A stretch of DNA of 64,000 nucleotides from Saprospiraceae bacterium (GTDB lineage Bacteria > Bacteroidota > Bacteroidia > Chitinophagales > Saprospiraceae), in assembly GCA_041749255.1 (NCBI GenBank), contig JBGTBR010000056.1, positions 38,621-102,620 of the forward strand, read 5' to 3'. This document shows positions 41,172 to 50,400 of the stretch, piece by piece (positions within the stretch are counted from its first letter, which is position 1; each line of letters starts with the position of its first letter). The translations under genes were made by a program, and so were the position numbers. Below the pieces are notes generated by a model that had not been told where the DNA came from, made no database searches, and was given only the letters and a program-made list of their open reading frames with translations.

Positions 41172-42656
41172 ATGAAGAAATTAATAATAAAGCCATTTTT
41201 AATTATAGGATTATTTGTCCTGTTTTCCTGTGGGGACGACTTCTTGGAAACTCTACCTACAGAGGATATTTCCTCTGCTTCCATTACAGCTACTACAGGA
41301 AACTTGTTACTGGGTATCAATGGAATTCATCGATCCTTGTATGTTCGTTACAGTTCTCAAGGTGAAGGAGGAGTTGGAGGTGTTATGATCACCATGGATG
41401 TTATGGGAGAAGATTTTGTCATGACTTCCGCAGGTAATGGATGGTATAACTCTGAATATCAATGGAATACTCATACTAATGCCAATGCTGCCAGAACTTT
41501 GTATCCATACCGTATTTATTATAGATTTATAAGAAATGCCAATGTACTCATCAACGGTGCAGATGATGCAGAAGGCCCTCAAACCATTAAAAATATGGTC
41601 AAAGGACAGGCTCTGGTGTATAGGGCATTTTGTCACTTCCAACTGGTACAATTATACGGTAGTCGTTATGTTGCGGGTAGTCAAAATAACCAACCGGGTA
41701 TTCCTATCAGACTTATTGACGACAATGAAACACTTGCCCGTTCGTCAGTAGAAGAAGTATATGCCCAAATTCATGCAGACCTCGATGAAGCTATTCAATT
41801 GTTGGCCGGGTATGAAAGACCCAATAAGTCCCATTTGGATCAAAGCGTAGCCCAAGGCATAAAAGCCAGAGTAGCACTGGTGCAAGGAAATTATCAAATG
41901 GCTATTCAGCAGGCTCAAATTGCACGACAGGGTTATCAGTTAATGACTAATGATGAGTATGTTTCTGGCTTTAATGATTACAACAACAGAGAATGGATGT
42001 GGGGAAGCCATATGCAGGAAGATCAGACATTATTCTTTGCTAATTTTGGAGCTTATGTATCAAGGAATTTCAATTCCACGAATATCCGTACAAACCCAAA
42101 GGCAATTTTTAGTGTCCTTTATGATCAACTACCTGAAAATGATATAAGGAGATCTCTATGGGATCCAAGTGGACAACATGGTAATCTTCCTGCCGGTGTC
42201 ACATTACCATCTAATTTTGTGAAGAGACCATACACCAGCCAAAAGTTTATCGCTGCGGGGACGGCCGATAGTCGTATGGACGTGGTATATATGAGAGCTG
42301 CTGAAATGTACCTGATCGAGGCAGAGGCAAAAGCACGTTTAGGCGACGCAGATGCAGCTCGGGTACTATTTGAATTAGTGAGTCCCAGAGATAGTGAATA
42401 TACCATGAGTACCAATACCGGACAAGCGCTCATTGATGAAATTCTTTTCTATAGAAGAATTGAACTTTGGGGCGAAGGATTCCGATGGCTGGACTTAAAA
42501 CGATTGAATCAATCTCTCGATCGCAATGGAGGAAATCATCAAGCCAATTTAATAAATAATTTATTTGATGTACCTGCAGGAGATAATCGATGGACTTATC
42601 AAATTCCTCAAGACGAGATCAATAATAATCCACTTGTCGAGCAAAACCCTCAATAA
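41172..42656 (+). CDS. SusD/RagB-family nutrient-binding lipoprotein
   Basis: Lipobox LFSCGDDFLE and motifs YRRIELWGEGFRWLDLKR. It starts 18 nt after susC. Confidence 0.92.
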   Translation: MKKLIIKPFLIIGLFVLFSCGDDFLETLPTEDISSASITATTGNLLLGINGIHRSLYVRYSSQGEGGVGGVMITMDVMGEDFVMTSAGNGWYNSEYQWNTHTNANAARTLYPYRIYYRFIRNANVLINGADDAEGPQTIKNMVKGQALVYRAFCHFQLVQLYGSRYVAGSQNNQPGIPIRLIDDNETLARSSVEEVYAQIHADLDEAIQLLAGYERPNKSHLDQSVAQGIKARVALVQGNYQMAIQQAQIARQGYQLMTNDEYVSGFNDYNNREWMWGSHMQEDQTLFFANFGAYVSRNFNSTNIRTNPKAIFSVLYDQLPENDIRRSLWDPSGQHGNLPAGVTLPSNFVKRPYTSQKFIAAGTADSRMDVVYMRAAEMYLIEAEAKARLGDADAARVLFELVSPRDSEYTMSTNTGQALIDEILFYRRIELWGEGFRWLDLKRLNQSLDRNGGNHQANLINNLFDVPAGDNRWTYQIPQDEINNNPLVEQNPQ

Positions 42657-42699
42657 GGAATCTTGTATTTTGATCAAACCCGTATTTTACGGTAAAAAT

Positions 42700-42737
42700 A
42701 AAAGCCACCTATATTAACCAGGTGGCTTTTATTTTTT
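42700..42737 (+). terminator. Intrinsic terminator after the susCD pair
   Basis: AAAAGCCACCT (42700-42710) pairs with AGGTGGCTTTT (42720-42730), followed by ATTTTTT. Confidence 0.75.
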
Positions 42738-42985
42738 AAATTGGATTAATCAAGCCTTCAAAAGTCGTGTCTCTGATATGTGCCAATTACTCATTTGATG
42801 TCGTCCTTATCTCAACAGGTAAGTACTTCTTCATTTGGATTCCCTGTTCTTCTTAATATTCCCACCAAAGGAGTATATTGTCTTCAGTTTCCCAATGATG
42901 ATCCAGGGTCATCTACTTGTGCCTTCAATTCCTGATGATATTTTCTCATTAGGGTATTGGAGATAGAAATACAAAACAAATTTAT

Positions 42986-44107
42986 ATGATAAAAATACAA
43001 AGCCTGGTTCTCGTATATTTAGTATATGGTGTAGCAGGTATAAGTATAATCGGACAAGAAAATATTGCGAATACAGGTATCAGCGGTGTTTATGAAGTGG
43101 TTCTGGCTGTTGACGATATCGACTATGCCAGGGCATATTGGAATGAATTTGGGTTCAGGGTAGTAGATACTGCTATTGTTGATGCAGACCAGGCTTTGTT
43201 GCTATACAATGTGAACAGCCGGCTGTACAGTTACAGGTTGCAAAATGGTAATATCGATAGTCATGGATTGTTGCGACTTATAAAATGGGAAACATCATTA
43301 GGTCGGGGTGTAGGTTATACCACGCCGGAGGCCATCGGTTCAAGAATGTCTGTGATGAAGACACAGGATATTATGAGACTCTACGATGTATATAGTTTTT
43401 TACGAAGTCAGGGTCAGAAATGGCTACCTACAGAGCCCATTACATACGATTTATTCGGATTAAACGATGGTGGTAAAGACTTCCTGAAACGACCCATATT
43501 GGTAAGAGAGTCTGCTGTGTATGGAGAAATGATCAATCATGTGTTTTTTCAACGCTACGGATATGAAATTCCAGGTTATGGCTCGATCCATCCCAACACT
43601 CCTTTAAAAACCAGTGAATTTACCCATCATGAATTTTTTATTAAGGCACCTTCATTGGATGTATTAGATTATATAAGTGAAGTTCTGGGTTTTCAACCTG
43701 AAAAGGAAGGGGTAGTACCGGAAGAATGGCGAAAAGAATCTAAAAGAGGATTTATGATGGATCCCGGATCTACTCATATGTATAAAGGATTTGTATCGCC
43801 GAATAATATTTGCGGTAAGCTGAAATTTTATTTGCTGTCGGAAATAAAGCCAGATAGATCAAAGCATCTGAGGATGGGAGAACTCGGCAATACCATGCAT
43901 ACTTTATTTGTCGCAGATATCGTCCAACTAAGAAATCTGGCTGAAAATTATCAGGGACTGACGGTAAGTTCTATCCGTGCCAATGAATTTGGCGAACAAT
44001 CTTTTACTATCCTGGATAGTGTAGGAATACTTTGGCAAATCATAGAAAAGAAAGAAACCTTGCACAAACCGGAAACAGTGCTTCGATTTGAATTTACAAA
44101 TAATTGA
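42986..44107 (+). CDS. Secreted hypothetical protein with glyoxalase/VOC-like modules
   Basis: An N-terminal hydrophobic signal, then GVYEVVLAVDDIDYARAYWNEFGFRVVD, which resembles the first beta-alpha-beta of the VOC fold. The assignment is weak. Confidence 0.4.
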   Translation: MIKIQSLVLVYLVYGVAGISIIGQENIANTGISGVYEVVLAVDDIDYARAYWNEFGFRVVDTAIVDADQALLLYNVNSRLYSYRLQNGNIDSHGLLRLIKWETSLGRGVGYTTPEAIGSRMSVMKTQDIMRLYDVYSFLRSQGQKWLPTEPITYDLFGLNDGGKDFLKRPILVRESAVYGEMINHVFFQRYGYEIPGYGSIHPNTPLKTSEFTHHEFFIKAPSLDVLDYISEVLGFQPEKEGVVPEEWRKESKRGFMMDPGSTHMYKGFVSPNNICGKLKFYLLSEIKPDRSKHLRMGELGNTMHTLFVADIVQLRNLAENYQGLTVSSIRANEFGEQSFTILDSVGILWQIIEKKETLHKPETVLRFEFTNN

Positions 44108-44153
44108 AAACCAACTTAGAAGTTAGCTCGTAGTTTTTAGCTTTTATCAGTTC

Positions 44154-44241
44154 GCAGTATGCAGTATGCAGTTGACATTTGGTAATAGGATCCTTTCATA
44201 ACAAAATAACGCGCGTAGCCAAATGAAGCGAAGCCAATGAC
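44154..44241 (-). repeat. Core A copy 4 (inverted, most diverged)
   Basis: The reverse complement reads GCTACGCGCGTTATTTTGTTATGAAAGGATCCTATTACCAAATGTCAACTGCATACTGC. Confidence 0.8.
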
Positions 44242-44300
44242 TTCTCAATTCCTCAACCTTAACTTCTGACTTTCAGACTTTCGACCTTCAGACCTTCAGG

Positions 44301-44356
44301 CCGTTTACCGCTCACTGCTCACCGTTCACCGTTTTTTCAACCTGCCGAAGGCGAAA
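44301..44356 (+). repeat. Module B copy 2
   Basis: CCGTTTACCGCTCACTGCTCACCGTTCACCGTTTTTTCAACCTGCCGAAGGCGAAA. Confidence 0.8.
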
Positions 44357-44553
44357 CCCTCAACCTCATTTTAGCTAGTAGCTCGTAGTTGACAAATGAT
44401 TTTGGTTTTAGTTTTGGTTTTAGTTAACTTTCAACTTTCAAACTTTCAAACTTTCAACTTGTTCCCGACCTTCAGACTTTCCGACCTTCAGACTTTCCGA
44501 CCTTCAGACTTTCGACTTTCAGACTTTCGAATTTCAAACTTTCGACCATCTGA

Positions 44554-44607
44554 CCGTTTACCGTTCACTGCTCACCGTTCACCGTTTTTTCGACCTGCCG
44601 AAGGTAA
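44554..44607 (+). repeat. Module B copy 3
   Basis: CCGTTTACCGTTCACTGCTCACCGTTCACCGTTTTTTCGACCTGCCGAAGGTAA. Confidence 0.8.
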
Positions 44608-44632
44608 AAACCTTAACCTTAACCTTAGCCTT

Positions 44633-45127
44633 TCAATCCTTGCTCTTCATTTCATCATAACATATCTGTAAACGGTAAATTTCTATCGTAATATGCGAAT
44701 AAGAAATCGCACTAAATAAGGTAATGACCATGAATAAAGGCAAATTGGAATTAAGCATAGCCCAGCCGGCTGCAATAATGCAGGCGATGACTCCTCCTAT
44801 TAATAGTATCCCATTCATCTGCTGCCATGACTCCATAGATTGCAATTTTAGTTCTATGTCTCTGCTTTCAGGAATGGAATCAGAGGAAATTTCACGGCTA
44901 ATCTTATAGTACAGAAATGAATTGAACATCATAATTGCAAATCCAGCAATGATCAGATAAGGGTAGAGTGCAAAATACGTTGTTTGATTTAAAAACTTTT
45001 GAATAGCAAAGCCGATAATCAGTATGATGAGACCAGACATCAAAAAGTAAACAGATATCTTTGTACTTCCTTTCAGATACGTAACATATCTTTTCCTCCA
45101 ATCCATTTTTTCTAAAGGATCCATCAT
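44633..45127 (-). CDS. Hypothetical four-helix membrane protein
   Basis: Four hydrophobic helices. The ATG at 45127 overlaps the acylphosphatase stop codon as ATGA, which suggests translational coupling. Confidence 0.55.
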   Translation of the reverse strand: MMDPLEKMDWRKRYVTYLKGSTKISVYFLMSGLIILIIGFAIQKFLNQTTYFALYPYLIIAGFAIMMFNSFLYYKISREISSDSIPESRDIELKLQSMESWQQMNGILLIGGVIACIIAAGWAMLNSNLPLFMVITLFSAISYSHITIEIYRLQICYDEMKSKD

Positions 45128-45396
45128 CGTTTTATTTCGAATGAGGTTGGAATTACGCTCATATCCCAATTATCGATCTGTACCTCAGCTACCAGGGATG
45201 CCGGTGATCCGGAATGACACCATTTTACCATCTTGCGTACAGCTTCACTCTCTCCGGCAACGTATACTTTTACGCTACCATCGGGTAAATTCATTACATA
45301 ACCGGTCAAGCCAAGCTCCAATGCCTTTTCCCGGGTGTAATGCCTGAAAGCTACTCCCTGCACTCGTCCTGAAATCCGCAATTGTACTTTATTCAT
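45124..45396 (-). CDS. acyP: Acylphosphatase
   Basis: 90 aa. RISGRVQGVAFRHYT and GYVMNLPDGSV motifs are present. Confidence 0.88.
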   Translation of the reverse strand: MNKVQLRISGRVQGVAFRHYTREKALELGLTGYVMNLPDGSVKVYVAGESEAVRKMVKWCHSGSPASLVAEVQIDNWDMSVIPTSFEIKR

Positions 45397-45519
45397 AATT
45401 TTAAATCAGTTTACACACAAAAAATGAAATTTGGAAATGTAAGTTGAACGTACAAAAACCATTGTTCTATGTAAAGTTCATTTCTGAAACAGATTAAATG
45501 TAAGAACTACTCAGATAGA

Positions 45520-45550
45520 TTGCGAATTTTCAATTACGATTTAGCAATTG
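45520..45550. repeat. Short ATTACGA/TTTTCAATT-type repeat patch
   Basis: TTGCGAATTTTCAATTACGATTTAGCAATTG uses the same words as the loci at 4334-4420 and 63014-63055. Confidence 0.5.
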
Positions 45551-45659
45551 TGTTTTCATCATGCATGAATTGTCAATTATTATCTTTTTAAACCTTTTAA
45601 AACAACTATTTTTGTTTCACAATGTTAAGTAAAAAATTAAACAAAAAAAATCATTCTCT

Positions 45660-46355
45660 ATGTATAAGCCAAATGGCCATCACATCCTTTCAACGCAAGA
45701 TAAAACAGATATTCTAGGAGATGCACATTTTTCTTCAAGCATGGAGACGCCTTTGAGGGTAGATGCATTCAACAAAACGGATGAAGAAAAAGTCCAAATA
45801 ATAGAAAAACATTTTAAAGCCATCATGGAAACGCTGGGTCTCGATCTATCAGACGATAGTTTGTCCGGCACTCCACAAAGGGTAGCAAAAATGTTTGTTA
45901 TGGAAAAATTTAAAGGACTCAATCAAAAAAACCAACCTGCTATCTCACTTTTTGAGAATAAATACCAATACAATAAGCTTCTTATTGAAAAAAATATAAA
46001 CGTCCAAAGCACTTGTGAACACCACTTTCTGCCCATTTACGGAAAAGCCCACGTCGGCTATATTTCTTCTGGTAAAGTTATAGGCCTGTCTAAAATAAAC
46101 AGGCTGGTAGATTACTTCGCGCGTAGACCTCAGGTACAGGAAAGGATGACCAGACAAATACTCCAGGCTCTTCAGGAAGCACTGGATACCCATGATGTAA
46201 TTGTTGTCATTGACGCAAAGCACATGTGTGTTTCTTCACGCGGAATTCAGGATCACAGCAGCAGCACGTTAACCATAGATTACAGTGGAACCTTCATAAA
46301 TCAGGCAAAGAGAAATGAATTTCTCCATTTCATTCAGGGAGATTCAGGAATATAA
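45660..46355 (+). CDS. folE: GTP cyclohydrolase I (FolE type)
   Basis: GTPQRVAKMF, CEHHFLPIYGKAHVGYI and QVQERMT motifs. Confidence 0.92.
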   Translation: MYKPNGHHILSTQDKTDILGDAHFSSSMETPLRVDAFNKTDEEKVQIIEKHFKAIMETLGLDLSDDSLSGTPQRVAKMFVMEKFKGLNQKNQPAISLFENKYQYNKLLIEKNINVQSTCEHHFLPIYGKAHVGYISSGKVIGLSKINRLVDYFARRPQVQERMTRQILQALQEALDTHDVIVVIDAKHMCVSSRGIQDHSSSTLTIDYSGTFINQAKRNEFLHFIQGDSGI

Positions 46356-46476
46356 TAGCATAAATTTTAAGGAATCTAATTTACTTTTGGGGTGTTGTGT
46401 TTCGTTGTAAAGTCATCCACTTTTAATAACACTTATTAATGCTAAATAAAATCAATCTTTGTAATTCGAATAAACT

Positions 46477-46484
46477 TATCTTTG
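46477..46484 (+). promoter_or_regulatory. Candidate TAnnTTTG -7 box upstream of the metal-efflux cluster
   Basis: TATCTTTG lies 22 nt upstream of the ATG at 46506. This is a motif match only. Confidence 0.3.
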
Positions 46485-46505
46485 ATTGGCAATTATATAT
46501 CAATT

Positions 46506-46814
46506 ATGCTTAAATTTTATGTCCTATACTTATTTTTCACATTTGGTGCTTTTTCGTGCTCAACAACAAAAAACAGCAGGTGTATTGGAGGTATTACGGT
46601 AACCTTGACAGATAAATCCGGTCTCGACGGCTGCACATGGCTATTTACCATGACAGATGGTAAGATGTTGCATCCCATTAACCTTGATGACTATATCGAA
46701 AACCCTGTAGATGGTAAAAAGTATATTATCACCTATACCAAAGCTGAGGATATGTTTTCCATTTGCATGGCAGGAGAGATGATCACACTAAGCTGTGTAT
46801 CAGGTATTAATTAA
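46506..46814 (+). CDS. Small Cys-rich lipoprotein, unknown function
   Basis: Lipobox-like FSCSTT and six Cys in about 100 aa. It is the first gene of the cus-like cluster. Confidence 0.5.
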   Translation: MLKFYVLYLFFTFGAFSCSTTKNSRCIGGITVTLTDKSGLDGCTWLFTMTDGKMLHPINLDDYIENPVDGKKYIITYTKAEDMFSICMAGEMITLSCVSGIN

Positions 46815-46922
46815 ATATGCTGTGCATATATGTGAAATTAATATGGTAAGATTATTGTATCAAATAAAATAAAAAGTACACTTTTACTATTTTTATTGCA
46901 AGTGAAAACAACAGGATTAAAA

Positions 46923-47321
46923 ATGTGGTGTATTCTCATGGCGAATTGGCTTTTGTTCAGTTCTCTGGGGATTTCTATTCATACCCACTATTGTCAGGGA
47001 TCCGTTAAAAACAAATCACTGTATACCGCAGCCGAGAAATGCAAGAACGAAAAAAAACAAACCTGCCTTTCTGACCTTACCCAACATTCTATTAAACGGG
47101 CAGCTTGCTGTTTTGATACTCACGACCTTCATCAGTTTTCCGCAGACTTTTTGGGAATCAATAAAGATAATAATCAACAAGACTGGGTTGGGCTACCTGC
47201 AGTCCTTGATGTAACAAACGATAGAATGGCATTAGCATCCGCTTCTGTTACCTACCCATGTTACAGACCTCCTCCTGACTTAACCGATAGGAGAATTCTT
47301 TATCAGTCATTCCTTTTATAG
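46923..47321 (+). CDS. HYC_CC_PP-family small membrane protein
   Basis: An N-terminal TM helix, then the motifs HTHYC, ACCFD and RPPPD in that order. The family name is recalled from RefSeq naming. Confidence 0.55.
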   Translation: MWCILMANWLLFSSLGISIHTHYCQGSVKNKSLYTAAEKCKNEKKQTCLSDLTQHSIKRAACCFDTHDLHQFSADFLGINKDNNQQDWVGLPAVLDVTNDRMALASASVTYPCYRPPPDLTDRRILYQSFLL

Positions 47322-47404
47322 CAAATTAATCGATTTTGCGATGCATACGGTGAAGTACTGTGTGCCATTTCTGTTTTCATTACAGTCGATTAATGCCATA
47401 AAAA

Positions 47405-50400
47405 ATGATCAATTCAATCATAAAATTTTTTTTAGAAAATAAGCTGATAGCCTATTTGGTGCTGATATTGCTTGCCATGTGGGGTTTAATTCACTCTCCA
47501 TTCAATTGGAATGTACCATTTCTTCCTTCCAATCCCATATCTGTAGATGCCATTCCCGACATTGGTGAAAACCAACAAATTGTATATACCCAATGGCCGG
47601 GTCGTTCGCCCCAGGATGTAGAAGATCAAATCACCTATCCTCTCACATCATCTTTGCTGGGCATACCTGGCATTAAGAGTATTCGGAGTAATTCAATGTT
47701 TGGTTTTTCCAACATTTTTGTAATTTTTGATGACGATGTAGATTTTTACTGGAGCAGATCCAGAATATTGGAAAAACTAAATGCTCTACCGCCAAATTTA
47801 CTACCAGTAGATGTAAAACCATCATTGGGACCCGATGCCACTGCTTTGGGTCAGATCTTTTGGTACACCATTGAAGGGGTGGACAAAAATGGTTCTCCTA
47901 CTGGAGGTTGGGATTTGGACGAATTAAGAACCATTCAGGATTTTTATGTAAAGTATAGTCTGGTTTCTGCCAAAGGCGTGGCAGAAGTGGCCTCTATAGG
48001 TGGATACATTAAAGAATACCATGTAGATATAGACCCTGACAAGCTTAAAGCGAGAAATCTCAGTCTACAGCAAGTCATGCAAGCCATAAAAAACAGCAAT
48101 CTGGATATCGGAGCACAAACCATTGAAATCAATCAAGCAGAATACTTTGTCAGAGGTCTGGGATACATCAAATCTATTCAGGATTTGGAAGAAAGCGTGA
48201 TAACCACAATTCAAAATATTCCGGTTAGAATCAAAGATGTAGCCCGTGTACAATTTGGCCCAGCTGTTAGGAGAGGTATATTGGATAAATCGGGTGCAGA
48301 GGTAGTAGGAGGCGTAGTTGTGGCCAGATTTGGCAGCAATCCCATGGAGGTAATCCAAAATGTCAAAAAACAAATCGCTGCAATAGAACCAGGTCTACCA
48401 TCTAAAACTTTAGATGACGGTACCCTTTCACAACTCAGGATTGTCCCTTTTTATGACCGGACACAGCTCATTCAGGAAACAATAGGAACGCTGGAAGATG
48501 CTTTAATTCTGGAAATTCTCATCACTGTAATCGTGGTTATTCTCCTTTTAATGAATCTAAAAGCTTCTTTGGTCGTTTCAGGACTTCTTCCAATAGCCGT
48601 TCTGATGTGTTTCATCGCGATGAATTTCTTTAATATAGAAGCCAATATAGTGGCCTTATCGGGTATAGCTATTGCCATTGGTACAATGGTAGACATGGGT
48701 ATAGTACTCACTGAAAATATATATGAAAGGGTCACAAAGGCTCCCGCAGGAGAGTCATTACTAAGCTCTGTGTTCGAAGGTAGCAGAGAAGTAGGATCTG
48801 CAGTGGTAACTGCGGTAGCCACAACCATCGTAAGTTTTCTGCCAGTCTTTGCCATGGAAGCCGCTGAGGGAAAATTGTTCAAACCATTGGCTTATACCAA
48901 AACATTCGCACTCATAGCCGCTGTGATCGTTGCCATATGTTTCATTCCACCCCTGATGCACTCACTTCTGAAAAAGAGATTTGATAAAAAACTGTGGAGC
49001 GGAATATGGCTGATAGTCATCTCTGTCTTTGCTTTGTATATATGGTTTAGATTTGATCATGCTTTCATATGGGTCATTCCCGTTGTAGTAACTCTAAGCT
49101 TCATTAAATTTTTAATAGACCACTTTGACCTATTGCCAAAAGGTATTTCTGGCACTGTTTTGAATATAAGTTATGCCATCATTATCGGTTACATTCTGGC
49201 TTTTATTTGGATGCCTATAGGGGCTGATAAGTCTACATTAGTCAATTTTTTATTCGTTTTTATATTAATTGCAAGCTTATTAACCCTTTTCTGGTTGGTT
49301 ATCCACTATTACGCTGACATTTTACGGCTCCTTTTAAAAATAAAAACCATTTTTTTAATGGTTGTAGTTGTATTGATATATCTGGGATATAGTATTTTTT
49401 CCAATATGCCTGAAGAGTTTATGCCTTCTTTGAATGAAGGATCTTTTTTGCTCATGCCTACATCCATGCCTCATTCAGGGGTACAGGAAAATATCAACAA
49501 TCTCCGACTCCTGGATATGGCTGTCACTGCCATACCCGAAGTGGAAATGGTGGTAGGTAAAGCAGGCAGGGTTGAAAGTGCACTCGATCCGGCACCCATG
49601 TCCATGTATGAAAATGTCATAATATACAAATCCGAATTTAAGACGGATGAGAATGGTAGAAAGAGGCGTTTTAAAGTGGATAAAAGAGGGCAGTTTGTCA
49701 TGGATGATTCCGGTGAATTAATACCCGATGAGAAGGGTAAATATTTCAGACAATGGAGAGATTACATCAAAAGTGCCGATGATATCTGGAATGAAATAAC
49801 TCAGGTCATTCACATCCCGGGGGTCACTTCAGCTCCAAAATTACAACCCATAGAAACCCGTCTCATCATGTTACAATCGGGCATGCGCGCTCCTATGGGC
49901 ATTAAAGTGAAAGGGCATGAATTGAATGAGATTCAGGAATTTGGTCTGGAATTAGAAAGCCTTTTACGAGAGGTGGAAGGAGTAAAAGCTCCGGCTGTAT
50001 TTGCAGAAAGGATAGTAGGAAAACCTTATTTACTCATTGACATAGACAGAGAAGCTATTGCCCGGTATGGACTCTCCATTTCTGAAGTTCAGGAACAAAT
50101 ACAAGTTGCCATTGGAGGTATGGTGATGACAACCTCAGTGGAAGGGAGGGAGCGATTTAACATACGCCTCAGATATCCCAGGGAACTGAGAAGCGATACC
50201 GAAGACATTAACCGCATATTCATTCAAACCAAAGGATATGGTCAAATACCACTAGGTGAATTGGTTACCATCAGGTATGAGCAGGGACCGCAGGCTATAA
50301 AAAGCGAAGACGGGTTTCTCATCGGATATGTATTATTTGACAAGACTCCGGGATATGCCGAAGTATCTGTAGTGAACAGTGTAGAAAATAAAATTAAAGA

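Larger units (their letters stand above)
44121..44632. repeat. Composite microsatellite-mosaic locus R3 (same orientation as R2)
   Basis: Contains inverted core A, two module B copies, and GACTTTC, CAACTTT, TTTTAG/TTTTGG and CCTTAA runs. It ends directly at the stop codon of the minus-strand gene 44633..45127. Confidence 0.9.

Noticed and set aside
42740-42985. Possible gene remnant on the minus strand (MRKYHQELKAQVDDPGSSLGN, then stops), faintly like an IS3 OrfA N-terminus
   Set aside because: The open frame is very short, broken by several stops, and has no inverted repeats or further transposase-like sequence. The similarity is subjective.
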